A DNA stretch of 64,000 nt. Origin: Torpedo marmorata (taxonomy: Eukaryota). The position numbers were made by a program, and so were the translations under genes. Below are positions 61,501 to 64,000 of this stretch, piece after piece. The DNA lies in assembly GCA_977017645.1 (NCBI GenBank), contig OZ360241.1:52018001-52082000 (forward strand), in the 5' to 3' direction. Position 1 is the stretch's first letter; each line of letters begins with the position of its first letter. The notes below the pieces were generated by a model. That model had not been told where the DNA came from and made no database searches. It saw nothing but the letters and a program-made list of their open reading frames with translations.

Positions 61501-64000
61501 ACACGGAGCTGGGGTGTGCAAGAGTCCGATGTGCTATAAATCATGCTCACACAAATTTTCCAGTAGTGAAGAACTGGAACTATATCAGCATATCACCGTC
61601 TGCATTTACATAGTACTAAGCCCAGTGAAGTGAAAAAATATCATGTTGCATTAATCGTTATCTATTTTCTCATTTATTCTTTATTAGGATCATTTATAAT
61701 TCCAACATTATCCTACATTTTATAAAATTATTGCCTTTTCTGTTTTTACTGATGGCCATAATCAGTGAAGACTTTGAGTCAGACTTTTATTGTAAGTTTT
61801 ACTATAGTGCTTGCATATATGGGGAAAATAGCAAAATAAATGTACGCGTGTTTGGGGGTTGTTGTGGATGAATCAACATCTAATTTTGCATTGGGAGCGT
61901 CTGGACTAGTGAAAGTCACTCTGAGGAAATTACACTGGAGCAGCCCTTAACAAGTACTTTTAAAACGTTTATTTGTCATGGTTAATAGTGTGCCCGGGCT
62001 TTAATAGGTAAATTGAGAAAATCTTGCATTCTTTAGGTATGGTAGCACTGTAATGTCACAGATGTTTGAACATTGGTTCTTGTTTTATATTTCTTCTTTA
62101 TAAAAATTCTTGAGTGAAGGTCAAAAATCTCTTCATTTCTGTTTTTGGGCAAGCAGGAAACTGGATTGTCTGCAAAGCATTGCTTTTTAAACATGTCAGT
62201 GCATCTCAGGCATCCCACCTGGTAAGCATGGCAGGACATCTCTAACTGAAACAAAAAACACACTGATTAAAGCCTAATTATGATGATAAACATATACTGG
62301 TCTCTTCAATTAACTGAGTTACAATAGGATCTCATTACATGCAATAGTTCGGCTTGATACACAAGTCACATACAAGAGGGAACTGATCATTTAAAGTAAT
62401 TGAATTGGGAACTTGTATGGCTGACAGTTTAAATAATCCAATGATATATACAGGGAATGTCAGAGTATTGATAATTCTGTAAATAATTGTTTTTATCACC
62501 AATTGAGTTCCTATTTACACTATTATCCCTTTTGCTTTTAATATACTTTATATAATCAGTAGTTAATTCATTTTAAATGAAGCTTAGAAAATGGGGTAAT
62601 ATTGGAGGCTGCTTCATCTTTCTATAAGATACTGGTTGATCAGTTCTTCAACCCAGATTTAGATTTGCTTTGACCAAAAAAAATGTCAATCTCAGCTTTG
62701 AAAGCTTCATTTGAAGGACAGCTACGTTTTTTTGGAAAGAGTTGTCCGTTTCCACTGGTTGGTGCAGAGTCGGAGTTCTTGATTTCTCTCCTGAACGAGT
62801 TGGCTCTTGTAATAATTCCCTCTTCTTCTCAATTATAAATTTCTCTGCCAGAGGAAATAATTTTATTTAACTCCCCTACTGAATCTGTTTTTTTTTTTAA
62901 AAAAAACGATCATATCACCCATCAATCTCCTGTTCTCACAAAAATGCACGGCAAGTTTGTGTAACCTGTCCTCAAAATTAACTGTCTGAGACCCTTTATT
63001 GTTTGGGTGAATCTCCACTTTTACGGTTAGTATGCCCTTGCTGAGGGTCTGTGACCAGCGCTGAGGTTCTTTACATCGACCACTTTCAATCTTTGCAAAG
63101 AGAAACACAGCTTCAAATATATTAATTATTTCGTGTGAGAAATACTCATGTTTAATAATTCTAAGGCTGAGCTTCTTTATGATTGCTAGTAGAGGAAAAA
63201 ATAGAAAAGTAATTGTTTCATGGAGGTGAGTGCATACTAAGGATTCTAACCTCCCCTTCTACTTTGAAAGAGAGAGAGAGAGGCCCTCTTGTTCAGGATA
63301 TCCTGTGCTTCATTACCAATTGTAGATTATAATCATCATAGATCACAGCCCCTCATTTGGAAAAGAAAATTATTTCAAAATTTGATACTTCACAGGTATG
63401 GATCAAGAGGTTCATTGCGGTTGTATTCTCTTTTTTGTGAAAGGGACCCATTATTACTTGCATTGCCCACAAAACACTGATATGGGTTGTTTATTAAAAG
63501 CTTAACGGTTTGTTAATATGCAGAATATATTCGAGAGTCCTGCTGACATGTTCTTTTGCAATAAAGGCTTCACATAGATTTAATTGAGACGTATGGAATT
63601 ATGAGAGGCCTAAGCAGAAGAAATAAGGGGTTTCTATATTTCTATATTACTTTAAATCTATATTGAGGTCACTATAGATCTAAAGTAATCAGTAAAATAA
63701 TGGAGGAAAATTAAAGAACAAATATTACTGGTATATCCTCCGCATGAAGTTGGTGTGGGGCTGTAGTTCTCTATTTGACAGGATATAGAGACGGAAACAT
63801 TTAGTTTATTTAAAATAAATAGTTGCATTTATATCGTGCTTTTAACATCTTATCTGAACATTCCAAAGCACTTTTAAATTGTATATATTTACTTATTATG
63901 CTGCAAATTAAATTGTAGTATAATCACTGTGAAAATGATCGGATAATTTGTTTTACAAATGTTGATCCAAAAGCACCTGGATGCATACTTGAAATGCTGT
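58526..64000 (+). other. Intron 1 of the ephrin-A gene (continues beyond the window)
   Basis: GT donor at 58526; no ephrin exon 2 peptide (F...YTV.V..NDYLDI.CPHY) seen downstream. Confidence 0.75.
60458..60473. repeat. (GT)n microsatellite
   Basis: TGTGTGTGTGTGTGTG. Confidence 0.8.

Overview
Eukaryotic vertebrate genomic DNA, most likely a cartilaginous fish (shark/ray), judged from HE1/V-SINE-like, Deu-SINE-like, Rex1/Babar, CR1, fish-type L1 and Penelope repeats. About 57 kb is TE-rich intergenic DNA upstream of the only host gene recognised: the CpG-rich promoter and first coding exon (58407-58525, +) of an ephrin-A gene (EFNA2/EFNA5-like), followed by intron 1 to the window end. Almost all ORF-track entries are TE remnants or spurious. 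Main highlights: (i) many Penelope pseudo-LTRs carrying a variant minimal hammerhead-ribozyme motif, with short copies that repeatedly begin at that motif; (ii) a young, CpG-rich, non-coding ~0.85 kb retroelement family with a Rex1/Babar-type 3' end; (iii) a composite hAT MITE made of two inverted MITEs moved as one unit; (iv) multi-layer nested insertions; (v) Chapaev3 and hAT DNA-transposon derivatives; (vi) an in-frame uORF before the ephrin start codon. Repeat family names come from recalled motifs, not database searches, and boundaries of old repeats are approximate.
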